Shown here one piece after another: positions 1 through 8,436 of a DNA stretch of 64,000 bases. Every line of letters starts with the position of its first letter. Position 1 is the stretch's first letter. The stretch spans positions 15,191 to 79,190 of the forward strand of contig JBAZUT010000003.1 of assembly GCA_041661265.1 (NCBI GenBank), in the 5' to 3' direction. The translations under genes and the position numbers were made by a program. The notes under the pieces were generated by a model, which saw nothing but the letters and a program-made list of their open reading frames with translations, had not been told where the DNA came from and did not search any database. The DNA is from Minisyncoccota bacterium (GTDB lineage Bacteria > Patescibacteriota > Minisyncoccia > JAHIHE01 > JAGLIN01).

Positions 1-327
1 CTTGGAGAATTTTCAAAAACAATGGTCGAGTCCGATTTTATCATCGCTCACAACATCAGTTTTGATGAAAAGATCATTGAGGCGGAATTCCTCAGGACCG
101 GAACGCAAAAAAGCCTTTTTTCACCGAAAAAAATGTGCACCAAGGACCTGTCCACGGAATTTTGCGCCATAGCCGGTACGTGCGGCTATAAATGGCCGTC
201 TTTGAAGGAGTTGCACATAAAGCTGTTTGGAGAGGATTTTGAAGATGCGCACGACGCTATGGTCGATGTGAAGGCTTGCGCGAGATGTTTCTTTGAGTTG
301 AAAAAACTTGGCGTTGTTTCCTGTTGA
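1..327 (+). CDS. 3'-5' exonuclease, DEDDh/DnaQ-like (5' partial)
   Basis: AHNISFD and HDAMVDV exonuclease motifs; frame is open from base 1. Confidence 0.85.
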   Translation, partial: LGEFSKTMVESDFIIAHNISFDEKIIEAEFLRTGTQKSLFSPKKMCTKDLSTEFCAIAGTCGYKWPSLKELHIKLFGEDFEDAHDAMVDVKACARCFFELKKLGVVSC

Positions 328-345
328 AGATCAAATATCAAAATA

Positions 346-1011
346 ATGAAAAAAACGAAAATAAAGATTCTCCGTGCGGTTGCTGTCATGTTTGTATTTG
401 CGGCAATCGCGATCATTTCGATAAATTATATTGAAATAAAAAGCAGTGAAAGATCTGTATATAGGGATATAGGTGGTATTGAAACTAATCGGACGGCGAT
501 CGTGTTTGGGGCGAAGGTCCGCGGTGAAAATATGAGTTCGATGTTCGAGGACAGGGTTGTGTCGGCATTGGAACTATATCGTGCCCGGAAAATCGAAAAA
601 ATACTGGTGAGCGGTGACCATGGAAGGCCGGAATATGACGAAGTTAATGCGGCAAAAGATTATCTTGTGTCCAATGGAGCGGATGCGGATGATATTTTCA
701 CTGATTATGCGGGTTTTGACACATATGACACGCTGTATCGCGCAAAAGAGATCTTCGGTGTTGAAGGCGCAATTTTGGTAACACAGGAATTCCATTTGTA
801 TAGAGCGTTATTTATCGCGAAAAGCATAAATATGAATGTAGTCGGATATGCCTCAGACAGGCATGATTATCCAGGAAAAGAGATATATAGCGGAAGAGAA
901 CTGTTTGCCAGAGTCAAGGCGTATTTTGATGTAATATTGAAATCCAAGCCAAAGTTTCTGGGAGATAAAATTCCCATTGAGGGAGATGGAAGAGAAAGCT
1001 GGGATAATTGA
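346..1011 (+). CDS. SanA/YdcF (DUF218) family protein
   Basis: N-terminal TM segment; ILVSGD, DYAGFDTYDT and VTQEFHLYRA motifs. Confidence 0.9.
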   Translation: MKKTKIKILRAVAVMFVFAAIAIISINYIEIKSSERSVYRDIGGIETNRTAIVFGAKVRGENMSSMFEDRVVSALELYRARKIEKILVSGDHGRPEYDEVNAAKDYLVSNGADADDIFTDYAGFDTYDTLYRAKEIFGVEGAILVTQEFHLYRALFIAKSINMNVVGYASDRHDYPGKEIYSGRELFARVKAYFDVILKSKPKFLGDKIPIEGDGRESWDN

Positions 1012-1066
1012 TTTACAAATATGCATAATTATATTATAATTTTCATATAAATAAATAAGAAAAATT

Positions 1067-1510
1067 ATGGAAAAGAAATATCTGACTTTCTTGGGTCTTG
1101 CAGCTGTAATAATTATAATAATATCAATAACATTTATGAGCAACAAAGGTGATAAAAATGACAGCGAAAACGCTGAAAAGAGCGGAAATGAAACTGTCGA
1201 GAAGGCGAAGGATGATAAAACGGCAAGGGTGACGAAAGCCGGAGATGTAATTTCCGTTCATTATACCGGAAAATTGGCTGATGGCACGAAGTTCGATTCA
1301 AGCTTGGACAGGGGCGAGCCGTTCACATTCACTCTTGGCGCCGGCCAGGTCATTAAGGGGTGGGATCAGGGACTTGCGGGGATGAAGGTCGGAGAAAAGA
1401 AAACGCTCGTTCTGCCTCCGGAACTTGCATATGGCAAAAACGGATATCCTCCGGTGATCCCGCCGAATGCAACATTGACATTCGATGTCGAGCTGATATC
1501 CATAAAATAG
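1067..1510 (+). CDS. FKBP-type peptidyl-prolyl isomerase, membrane anchored
   Basis: [39 protein letters not shown]. Confidence 0.95.
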   Translation: MEKKYLTFLGLAAVIIIIISITFMSNKGDKNDSENAEKSGNETVEKAKDDKTARVTKAGDVISVHYTGKLADGTKFDSSLDRGEPFTFTLGAGQVIKGWDQGLAGMKVGEKKTLVLPPELAYGKNGYPPVIPPNATLTFDVELISIK

Positions 1511-1550
1511 AACAGCTGACGAGATGCATTAATCCGGAAAATTACAAGCA

Positions 1551-2516
1551 ATGATGGAAAATAATAAATTTGAAAATAAGAATGAGTATGCTTTTGAGAA
1601 TTTGCTTGAAAAGTATAGGGAAGGCGGAGTCGAACTTCTGAAAGAGAGAAAATTCATCACCAAGGAAGAAATAGAGAATGGATTTAAAGACGAAAAAGTT
1701 CTTGTATGCGATGTTTATGTTAAGGATATAGAGAATCATAGGGAGGGCGATCATTTCAGAGACGGCAATATCTATAGTATAGATCATCATGCTCCATTGA
1801 AGGAATTCCAGCAAAAGATATCAAGCGCCAATATCGCCATAGAATATGTCAGAAATAACGGTCCGATCGGAAAAGATTTTAAAGTCATAACGAATCATAC
1901 CGATGCCGACAGTGTTCTGGCGTGCCTTATAATGCGCGGGGTTTTGCCGCCGGATGACAGATTTGCGAAAGCGGCCATTGCGGCAGACCATACGGGCGAG
2001 AAAAACGAAATTGCTGATCTTCTGCAGGCGATCCAATATGAGAGAGATATCGAACTTGCAGTCAGAAATCTGCAATTATTGCTTGACGGTGAGCCGCTTG
2101 AGAAAAGAGCCGCGGACCTTTTGAAAGAGAGGGATGAGGACCGCATTAAGGCGGAGAAAATGGTTGAAGAAGGAAATATCCAAGAGATCGGAGGCGTGAG
2201 CTATGTTGAACTTGAAAAAAAGATAGATCCGAATTTTTTCATCCCGATGATCCCGGGTGCCATGATCATTGTGACTTTCAGCAAGCATGGGGATTTTCCC
2301 GAACGGCTCGAGACGAGGGTGAGATTGGGGGAGGCCGGCCTGGAAAAGGGCGTGAGTCTGCTCGAACTCGGGATAGAAGACATTGATCCGAATTGGGGAG
2401 GCCGGTGGAATGCCGGTTCTGACAAAAGAGGCGGCGGGACTGACTTGCTGCCGGATGAATATGTCCGAAAGCTGAATGACAGATTGCAGGATCATTTGGA
2501 CAAAGAGGGTCAGTGA
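1551..2516 (+). CDS. DHH-like phosphoesterase family protein
   Basis: IDHH and NHTDADSVLA motifs. Confidence 0.5.
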   Translation: MMENNKFENKNEYAFENLLEKYREGGVELLKERKFITKEEIENGFKDEKVLVCDVYVKDIENHREGDHFRDGNIYSIDHHAPLKEFQQKISSANIAIEYVRNNGPIGKDFKVITNHTDADSVLACLIMRGVLPPDDRFAKAAIAADHTGEKNEIADLLQAIQYERDIELAVRNLQLLLDGEPLEKRAADLLKERDEDRIKAEKMVEEGNIQEIGGVSYVELEKKIDPNFFIPMIPGAMIIVTFSKHGDFPERLETRVRLGEAGLEKGVSLLELGIEDIDPNWGGRWNAGSDKRGGGTDLLPDEYVRKLNDRLQDHLDKEGQ

Positions 2517-2540
2517 CCGCCCCGTTGTGGATAAAGGGTA

Positions 2541-2568
2541 TTGACACGAATTTATTATGTGCTAGACT
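2541..2568 (+). promoter_or_regulatory. sigma70-type promoter of Val leader unit
   Basis: TTGACA-16 nt-TAGACT with extended -10 TG. Confidence 0.7.
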
Positions 2569-2586
2569 GGTATTGTAATTAAAAAT

Positions 2587-2682
2587 ATGAACTATTCAGC
2601 AGCACAATCAAATGAAGTAAGGATGACCAAAAAAGTTGGTCATGTTGTGGTTGTGGCAATTAAAAACCTACTAGTAAGGTAA
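2587..2682 (+). CDS. Val-rich attenuator leader peptide MNYSAAQSNEVRMTKKVGHVVVVAIKNLLVR
   Basis: Four consecutive Val codons (7 Val in total) directly upstream of alternative hairpins; alternative ATG at 2623. Confidence 0.8.
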   Translation: MNYSAAQSNEVRMTKKVGHVVVVAIKNLLVR

Positions 2683-2757
2683 TTTGCTTTTGGCTTGATT
2701 AAGAGGAAACTACGTTAAGAATAAGGCTAAAAGCAAACTACTCGAAGTAGGTTTTTT
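2678..2757 (+). promoter_or_regulatory. Attenuator: antiterminator plus terminator (Val unit)
   Basis: 2678-2696 pairs with 2724-2742 and sequesters the 5' arm of terminator CTACT-CGA-AGTAG-GTTTTTT (2738-2757). Confidence 0.7.
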
Positions 2758-3175
2758 GTTTAATTATATATTTTCCCTGACTGATTGTATTGCTGCGAAG
2801 AATGCAGTTGTTAGTGAAAATATAGCTGCACATTGAGATCGCGATGATTTCCCATAAAGAGATCGTTAAAAAATGGCGTCAATCAAGCCGGAGGTTTTGA
2901 GCGAAATGCTACTACAATTGCGTTTTGCGGCAGGAAATATCTTTCAAGAAAGAAGCTTTGAATTTTCAGAGCAACACCATGGATCCCGCAACAACCGAAT
3001 CAATCTCAATTGTTTTCAGCCGTCACTAATCAATGCGGGATATGAAGAATAAAAAAAATATCTTCATATCCCAATCTCTCCCTTGTTTTTTTAAAACAGA
3101 TTTCTGAACAGTGGGATCAGAAATTTGCGTTAAAAAGATCAAAACGCGGTAAATTAAAAAAAAGGAGGATAAAAA

Positions 3176-3322
3176 ATGGTGTATTTTGCACAGGACGAGT
3201 CCGTAATAAACGGAATAGTGGACTCAAAAAAGAGCGAAGCCGACAAAGACAAGTATGGATTGCGCGATGAGCAATTCGATGTCGCAAGAAACACTGGCAA
3301 GGCACAAGAGTTTGGGGAATAG
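3176..3322 (+). CDS. Small protein, 48 aa (MVYFAQDES...KYGLRDEQ...FGE)
   Basis: AGGAGG Shine-Dalgarno; paralogous to 3513-3635. Confidence 0.65.
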   Translation: MVYFAQDESVINGIVDSKKSEADKDKYGLRDEQFDVARNTGKAQEFGE

Positions 3323-3512
3323 GACTAAATATTCCCCGCTCGTATTTTAGAAAGTTTGTTTTTGTCCGCATGAAGCGAGCAGAAATAAGCTCTATAAAAG
3401 ACGGGCTTAAACAGGATGATAAGCATGCCATCACGGCGCTTATACTTTCACGACTTGGAAAAAAAGCCAAGCACGGCAAGATCCTTGAAAATAATAGAAA
3501 AGAGGGAAAAAT

Positions 3513-3635
3513 ATGGTAAGTTTTGCAAAAGAAGGTTCAAAAATAACCGCGTTTGAAATAGAAAAAGAAAGCAGAGAGCGTTTTGGAAGAAAGGATGAGC
3601 AGAACATAAACGGTAATTTTGAAAGAGGAAATTAA
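3513..3635 (+). CDS. Small protein, 40 aa (MVSFAKEGS...RFGRKDEQ...RGN)
   Basis: GAGGG upstream; shares MVxFA and (Y/F)GxxDEQ with 3176-3322. Confidence 0.6.
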   Translation: MVSFAKEGSKITAFEIEKESRERFGRKDEQNINGNFERGN

Positions 3636-4050
3636 ATAAACCATATAAACAATAAGGGAAGCGGAAACTTGACCGCTTCCCGGCCATTTTTCATATGATC
3701 CCGTCCATGCTTATAAGGTTTACAGGCACTGACGGGCTTAAAATGAAAAGCCCTTACACAAATAAGAGAGGTTAAACAACTAAAAAAAGTTGGGTGCTAT
3801 CCGACCAACATTCGGAAAAAGTTCCTGCCTCTCTTATACCAATCATCTGCGTGATAATTGCGAACCTATCCCTGTTTTAATGATTTAAACCGGAGATAGG
3901 CTCACAAAGCCGAGAGTTGCGGGGCATGGCCAAACATGCCATGAAGAAGTGAAAGCACTTTATTTCTTAAGGGAATTATTTTCCGACCCCAGCTCTAAAC
4001 ACTGATAACATTCCGTTATCGAACAAAATAAACAGAAAGAGGAGATAAAC

Positions 4051-4215
4051 GTGGCAAATAAAGACAAAGCAAATGAAGACACCGGTAATACCGATGAGAG
4101 AAAAAATAAGATCGAACACAACAATGAGGTTCATGAGAAAATGAAAAATAAAGATGCCGCCGGAATAATCGGCGACAAGTTCGTGGATGATCACTATGTA
4201 CCGAGGTGCTATTGA
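4051..4215 (+). CDS. Small hydrophilic protein, 54 aa (MANKDKAN...HYVPRCY)
   Basis: GAGGAG SD, GTG start, stop codon embedded in a terminator. Confidence 0.6.
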   Translation: MANKDKANEDTGNTDERKNKIEHNNEVHEKMKNKDAAGIIGDKFVDDHYVPRCY

Positions 4216-4238
4216 GGACAAAATGTCCTCATTTTTTT
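4213..4238 (+). terminator. Intrinsic terminator ending the Val unit
   Basis: TGAGGACA-AAA-TGTCCTCA followed by a T run. Confidence 0.85.
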
Positions 4239-4242
4239 ATGC

Positions 4243-4270
4243 TTGACATTATTATAAAATGTATTATACT
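4243..4270 (+). promoter_or_regulatory. sigma70-type promoter of Ile leader unit
   Basis: TTGACA-16 nt-TATACT. Confidence 0.7.
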
Positions 4271-4290
4271 GAAACAAGTTAATAAAAAAT

Positions 4291-4362
4291 ATGACCGGAA
4301 ATCATAATACAATCATCAGCATTATCATTAACCGCGGGGCTTTGTCCTGTCGGCTATTTTGA
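4291..4362 (+). CDS. Ile-rich attenuator leader peptide MTGNHNTIISIIINRGALSCRLF
   Basis: Five Ile codons in six positions; overlaps antiterminator arm; upstream of cimA. Confidence 0.85.
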   Translation: MTGNHNTIISIIINRGALSCRLF

Positions 4363-4414
4363 TGCAAAAAAAATAGCACACAAGATAAAGTCCCGGGAAA
4401 GCGCCCGGGATTTT
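4335..4414 (+). promoter_or_regulatory. Attenuator: antiterminator plus terminator (Ile unit)
   Basis: CGGGGCTTTGTC (4335-4346) pairs with GATAAAGTCCCG (4384-4395), competing with terminator TCCCGGG-AAAGCG-CCCGGGA-TTTT (4391-4414). Confidence 0.85.
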
Positions 4415-4468
4415 AAATTATCAAGAAATAAAAATAAATATCAGAACAAAAAAAGGAGGAATAGAACA

Positions 4469-5974
4469 TTGACATTTAGAAAAGAAATAAAAATTCTGGA
4501 CACAACGCTTAGAGACGGAGAACAGACTCCGGGAATATCATTCAGCAAGGAAAGCAAGATGGCCATTGCTGAAAATCTTGATCTGTTGGGAGTCGATGTC
4601 ATCGAGGTCGGATCTGTTATAACCTCGGAAGGCGAGCGGGAATTCGCGAAAGAGATCACTAAAAAGAAACGCGAAGGAAAAATAAAAGCCGAGCTTTGCA
4701 CATATTCCAGGATAAGGAAAGAAGATATCGACTATGCCAAAGAATGCGGTCTTGATTCCGTTCATCTTGTGGTTCCGGTTTCCGATCTGCATATAACTGA
4801 AAAGTTGAAGCAGGACAGGAAAACGGTCATGAATACGGCAATTGAAATGGTGAAGTACGCCAAATCTCTCGGGCTGACAGTCGAACTCAGCGGAGAAGAC
4901 GCTTCGCGCGCGGATATGGTATTCCTGAAGGAATTATATAATGCGGGAATAGACGCAGGCGCAGACAGGCTGTGTTTCTGCGATACTGTCGGTATTCTGA
5001 CTCCGGAAAGGACATACGAGATATTTCTTGAGCTTTCAAAGCTTCGCGCCCCGATCAGTATACATTGCCATAATGATTTCGGAATGGCAACGGCTAATAC
5101 TGTCGCGGCACTCCGGGCTGGAGCCGCACAGGCCCACGTAACGATCAACGGGATCGGAGAGCGCGCAGGAAACACTTCTCTTGAAGAGGTTGTAATGACT
5201 CTCTATTCTTTATATAAGAAAGAGACGAATATAAAGACGAGAAACCTGTATAAATCCTCAAGGCTTGTCAGCAGGCTTAGCGGGATACCCGTTGCTCTCA
5301 ATAAGGCGATAGTCGGCGGAAATTCGTTCACGCATGAAGCGGGAATACACGTGCATGGCCTGAAGGCGAACACTGCGACATACGAGCCGATCACGCCGGA
5401 GCTTGTCGGACGCGAAAGAAGGATCCTTCTTGGAAAGCATGCTGGCAGAGCATCTGTCGAACTCGCAATGAGGGAACTTGGACTTACCGCGGATGACAAG
5501 CAGATAAATGAGATAACAAAGCGGGTAAAGGAGGTTGGAGACAAAGGCAAGCGCGTAACTGATGCCGATTTCGAAAAGATCGCCGAAGTGGTGCTCGGCA
5601 TATACAAAGAAGCAAAAGTCAAGCTCGAAGAACTGACGGTCGTTTCCGGGAATACAGTGATGCCGACGGCGTCGATCAAGATCCGCGTGAACGGAAAGCA
5701 GATCGTCGAGGCCGGAGTCGGCACAGGTCCCGTAGATGCGGCAAGAAATGCATTGGAAAAGGCTCTGAGTGCGATCGGAGACATCCGGCTTGAGGAATAT
5801 CATGTGGATGCCATCGAAGGCGGCACTAATGCGTTGGTCGAGGTCTGGGTGAAACTCAGCAAAGACGGAAAAACCATAACGGCGAAAGGCGCCAGGACGG
5901 ATATTATCATGGCTTCAGTCGAAGCGATGCTGGAAGGCATAAACCGCCTTTTGAACGGCAAGAATAAAGAATAA
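4469..5974 (+). CDS. cimA: (R)-citramalate synthase, archaeal-type (LeuA/CimA family)
   Basis: DTTLRDGEQTPG, HCHNDFGMA, GIGERAGN and C-terminal allosteric domain; Ile leader favours CimA over LeuA. Confidence 0.8.
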   Translation: MTFRKEIKILDTTLRDGEQTPGISFSKESKMAIAENLDLLGVDVIEVGSVITSEGEREFAKEITKKKREGKIKAELCTYSRIRKEDIDYAKECGLDSVHLVVPVSDLHITEKLKQDRKTVMNTAIEMVKYAKSLGLTVELSGEDASRADMVFLKELYNAGIDAGADRLCFCDTVGILTPERTYEIFLELSKLRAPISIHCHNDFGMATANTVAALRAGAAQAHVTINGIGERAGNTSLEEVVMTLYSLYKKETNIKTRNLYKSSRLVSRLSGIPVALNKAIVGGNSFTHEAGIHVHGLKANTATYEPITPELVGRERRILLGKHAGRASVELAMRELGLTADDKQINEITKRVKEVGDKGKRVTDADFEKIAEVVLGIYKEAKVKLEELTVVSGNTVMPTASIKIRVNGKQIVEAGVGTGPVDAARNALEKALSAIGDIRLEEYHVDAIEGGTNALVEVWVKLSKDGKTITAKGARTDIIMASVEAMLEGINRLLNGKNKE

Positions 5975-5986
5975 TAAAGAAATAGA

Positions 5987-6015
5987 GAGCTTAAACGTAA
6001 GCTCCTTTTTTATTT
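5987..6015 (+). terminator. Intrinsic terminator after cimA
   Basis: GAGCTTA-AACG-TAAGCTC then T run. Confidence 0.8.
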
Positions 6016-6062
6016 TCTCAAAAAGTGATATTCTTAGTGTGTGAATAATTAATCATAAAAAT

Positions 6063-7211
6063 ATGGAATTTTCCGATAGGGCGAAACAGATGAAGGGTTC
6101 GGCAACTTTGTTTTGGGATATGAAGGTGAAAGAGGCGATGAAGCTGGATGCAAGCGTCATAAATCTTACTATCGGCCAGCCCGATTTCGATACTCCGGAA
6201 TTTCTTTCGCAGGCGATAAGGGCGGTTTCAGGCAAGACAGGCGTGAACCGATATGCGAATACGCAGGGAGAGCCGGAGCTGAGAAAGATATTAGCCGATA
6301 TATTGAAACAAAAGAAGGACGTGGAATACGATGAAAGCGAGATTATCTGGACGAGCTCCAAGGAGGCCATATTTCTGGCTGTCTCGGTTCTTGTCGGAAA
6401 AGGCGATGAGGTGATCTTGCTGAGTCCATGCTGGCCGACCTATGGCGAAGTTGTGAATTATTGCGACGGCAAGGCTGTGTACGTCGGGACTGACCGGAAT
6501 TTTCATCCTGTTGCGGAAGAAATAGAAAAAGCCGTGAACGAAAGAACGAAAGTGATAATCATCAACAGTCCGAATAATCCGTCGGGCGCGGTATATGGGG
6601 AACAAGAGATCGCCAAGATCGCCAAGATCGCGAAGGATCACGATCTTATTGTGATCTCTGATGAAGTTTACAGCAGCATTTTGTTTGATGGCGGGAAGCA
6701 TATTTCGATCGCAAGACTTGAGGGAATGAAGGAGAGAACGATAATCATCGAGGGATTCAGCAAAGGCCTTTCGGTTCCGGGTTTCAGGGCGGGCTATGCG
6801 GCGGGAGCAAAGGAAATTATCGGGAAAATAAGGGACCTTAAGAGCAATATCTCCGGCAACAGCGATTCGCTTATGCAGTATGCCATAATTGATTCGCTTT
6901 CAAACGGCCTGGAAGCTTATTTTGAATTTGAAAAAAAGCTCAAGGAGTCTTTTGAGAAGAGAAGGAATTTTTTCATTTCACATCTCAGCATACCGGGATC
7001 GATCGCGGCGCAGGGAGCATTCTATCTGTTCGCTCCGATCCCATCGAAAGTGTCGGGTTCAATGGAGTTTTGCGGTACAATGCTGGAGAAGAAGATCGGC
7101 ATCACGCCGGGCATATTCTTTCAGAAAGAAGGATATGCCAGAATCTCGTTCGCCGTTAAAGAGGAAAAACTTAAAATTGCGGCTGATATATTGCAAAATG
7201 AGTACAGATAG
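6063..7211 (+). CDS. PLP-dependent aminotransferase class I/II (AspC-like)
   Basis: IGQPDF, NSPNNPSG, SDEVY, GFSKGLSVPGFRAGY. Confidence 0.92.
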   Translation: MEFSDRAKQMKGSATLFWDMKVKEAMKLDASVINLTIGQPDFDTPEFLSQAIRAVSGKTGVNRYANTQGEPELRKILADILKQKKDVEYDESEIIWTSSKEAIFLAVSVLVGKGDEVILLSPCWPTYGEVVNYCDGKAVYVGTDRNFHPVAEEIEKAVNERTKVIIINSPNNPSGAVYGEQEIAKIAKIAKDHDLIVISDEVYSSILFDGGKHISIARLEGMKERTIIIEGFSKGLSVPGFRAGYAAGAKEIIGKIRDLKSNISGNSDSLMQYAIIDSLSNGLEAYFEFEKKLKESFEKRRNFFISHLSIPGSIAAQGAFYLFAPIPSKVSGSMEFCGTMLEKKIGITPGIFFQKEGYARISFAVKEEKLKIAADILQNEYR

Positions 7212-7231
7212 AGCAGTTTTGCCGGGTGCTA

Positions 7232-7260
7232 TTGACACGCGATTTCAGTCATGGTAATCT
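7232..7260 (+). promoter_or_regulatory. sigma70-type promoter of Cys leader unit
   Basis: TTGACA-17 nt-TAATCT with extended -10 TG. Confidence 0.7.
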
Positions 7261-7285
7261 GAACTCAGTAAATAATAATCGTTAT

Positions 7286-7333
7286 ATGATAACACTGAAA
7301 AACCAAGCAATCTGTTGTTGTTGCGCTTTCTAA
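7286..7333 (+). CDS. Poly-Cys attenuator leader peptide MITLKNQAICCCCAF
   Basis: TGT TGT TGT TGC; the ORF forms segment 1 of a four-segment attenuator. Confidence 0.88.
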   Translation: MITLKNQAICCCCAF

Positions 7334-7415
7334 GAAGGCTGGTTTTATAGTGTTATGTAAATTATAATAAGATTTAGATGATACTGTGAAGCTGGTCTTT
7401 TTGGACCGGTTTTTT
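7289..7415 (+). promoter_or_regulatory. Four-segment attenuator (Cys unit)
   Basis: 7289-7308 pairs with 7335-7356; 7335-7356 pairs over 22 nt (WC/GU) with 7378-7399; terminator GCTGGTCT-TTTT-GGACCGGT-TTTTT at 7391-7415. Confidence 0.85.
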
Positions 7416-7447
7416 AGTTGTGTACATTGAAAAAGAGGTGAACATAC

Positions 7448-7567
7448 ATGCAGGAAGATAATGATAAGATCAATAAAAACAAAAATAAACAGGAGAATGA
7501 AGACGGATCAAAAAAAGATCTGAGAAAAAGAAAAAGGGGTTCGATCGCAGGTCCCGGCGGATGCTAG
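7448..7567 (+). CDS. Small charged peptide, 39 aa, ending in ...IAGPGGC
   Basis: GAGGTG SD; first ORF after the Cys attenuator; sole Cys is the C-terminal residue. Confidence 0.6.
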   Translation: MQEDNDKINKNKNKQENEDGSKKDLRKRKRGSIAGPGGC

Positions 7568-7596
7568 GACCGCTGAATCCGTCGAAAGAAACGTTT

Positions 7597-7713
7597 GCCG
7601 AGGTGGCCGAGAAGGATAGGCGGACTTCGTCTTGCTGAAAAGCCAGACTATGTCCCGCCAAAGGCAGAAGACAGCAGATCTTCAAAACACAGGTTCGAAT
7701 CCTGTCCTTGGCT
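7597..7713 (+). tRNA. tRNA-Cys(GCA)-like RNA with ~44-nt hairpin insertion near the D arm
   Basis: Acceptor GCCGAGG/CCTTGGC, U73 discriminator, anticodon arm GAAGA-CAGCAGA-TCTTC, T arm ACAGG-TTCGAAT-CCTGT; A33 and G37; no encoded CCA. Confidence 0.8.
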
Positions 7714-7760
7714 TTCGAATTATTATTCAGAAAAAATAAAAAACAAAGGAGAAGATAAAA

Positions 7761-8435
7761 GTGGACGAAAATAAAAACAAGATCATATCTGTTCTCAACA
7801 GCCGCGGTGTAAGAAGAGAACAGCTCGACAGTGAAACGTTAAAAGACATCGAAAACATAATTTCCGCATGCGGAACAGAACCGATCAAGCTGGTCGGATA
7901 TTGGGGGGTCGGTGAAAAGCAAGAACCGACCGAGATAGACCGCAAAGCCCTAGATAAATTATCCGATATAATGAAGATGACCGACGATCGGATCAAAGTG
8001 CATCTGATATTGGCGGATAAGCATGGCGAGTTCAATGGCTATGAAAATGATATTTATCTCAATAAGATATCTTCAATAGCCGGAGAAAGGAATATCAGTA
8101 CCGCATTTCTGAGCGCGATATATCATGAAGTGGGCCTGGATGCCGCGGATCTTACAAATGTAAGCGATGACATCTGGAATAAATTTCCGGAATGTTACAG
8201 GTGTATTATCGAGAAAAGAGCGGGAATACATCAAAAGAAATGCGAAGCATCCGAAGATGCGAAAAGATATCTGCACATGACGCAGGTTGAAAAACAGAAA
8301 ATCGGAGCAGTTTATCCGAACTGCATATGGTTCACATATGGAGACATCAAGAACCTGAAGGATCTTTTTCCCAGGCCGGTAATTTCGATCTGGCCGATCA
8401 AAAGAGGGAAATCGGTACTGCCATGGTTCAGCTAG
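7761..8435 (+). CDS. Uncharacterised enzyme, possibly HUP/Rossmann-like fold (distantly isocyanide-synthase/CDPS-like)
   Basis: GGAG SD; motifs PIKLVGYWG, LILADKHGEFNG, C-terminal RGKSVLPWF; fold assignment from memory only. Confidence 0.4.
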   Translation: MDENKNKIISVLNSRGVRREQLDSETLKDIENIISACGTEPIKLVGYWGVGEKQEPTEIDRKALDKLSDIMKMTDDRIKVHLILADKHGEFNGYENDIYLNKISSIAGERNISTAFLSAIYHEVGLDAADLTNVSDDIWNKFPECYRCIIEKRAGIHQKKCEASEDAKRYLHMTQVEKQKIGAVYPNCIWFTYGDIKNLKDLFPRPVISIWPIKRGKSVLPWFS

Positions 8436-8436
8436 C

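Noticed and set aside
2900-2928. Hairpin with TAC (Val anticodon) in its loop as a tRNA-Val remnant
   Set aside because: The loop is 10 nt and no other tRNA arms are recognisable.
3370-3519. 49-codon ORF MKRAEISS...
   Set aside because: No SD, overlaps hairpins and the start of the better-supported 3513 ORF.
7619-7665. tRNA insert as a bulge-helix-bulge or group I intron
   Set aside because: The internal loop is a symmetric 3x3, not two staggered bulges around a 4-bp helix, and 44 nt is far too short for a group I intron.
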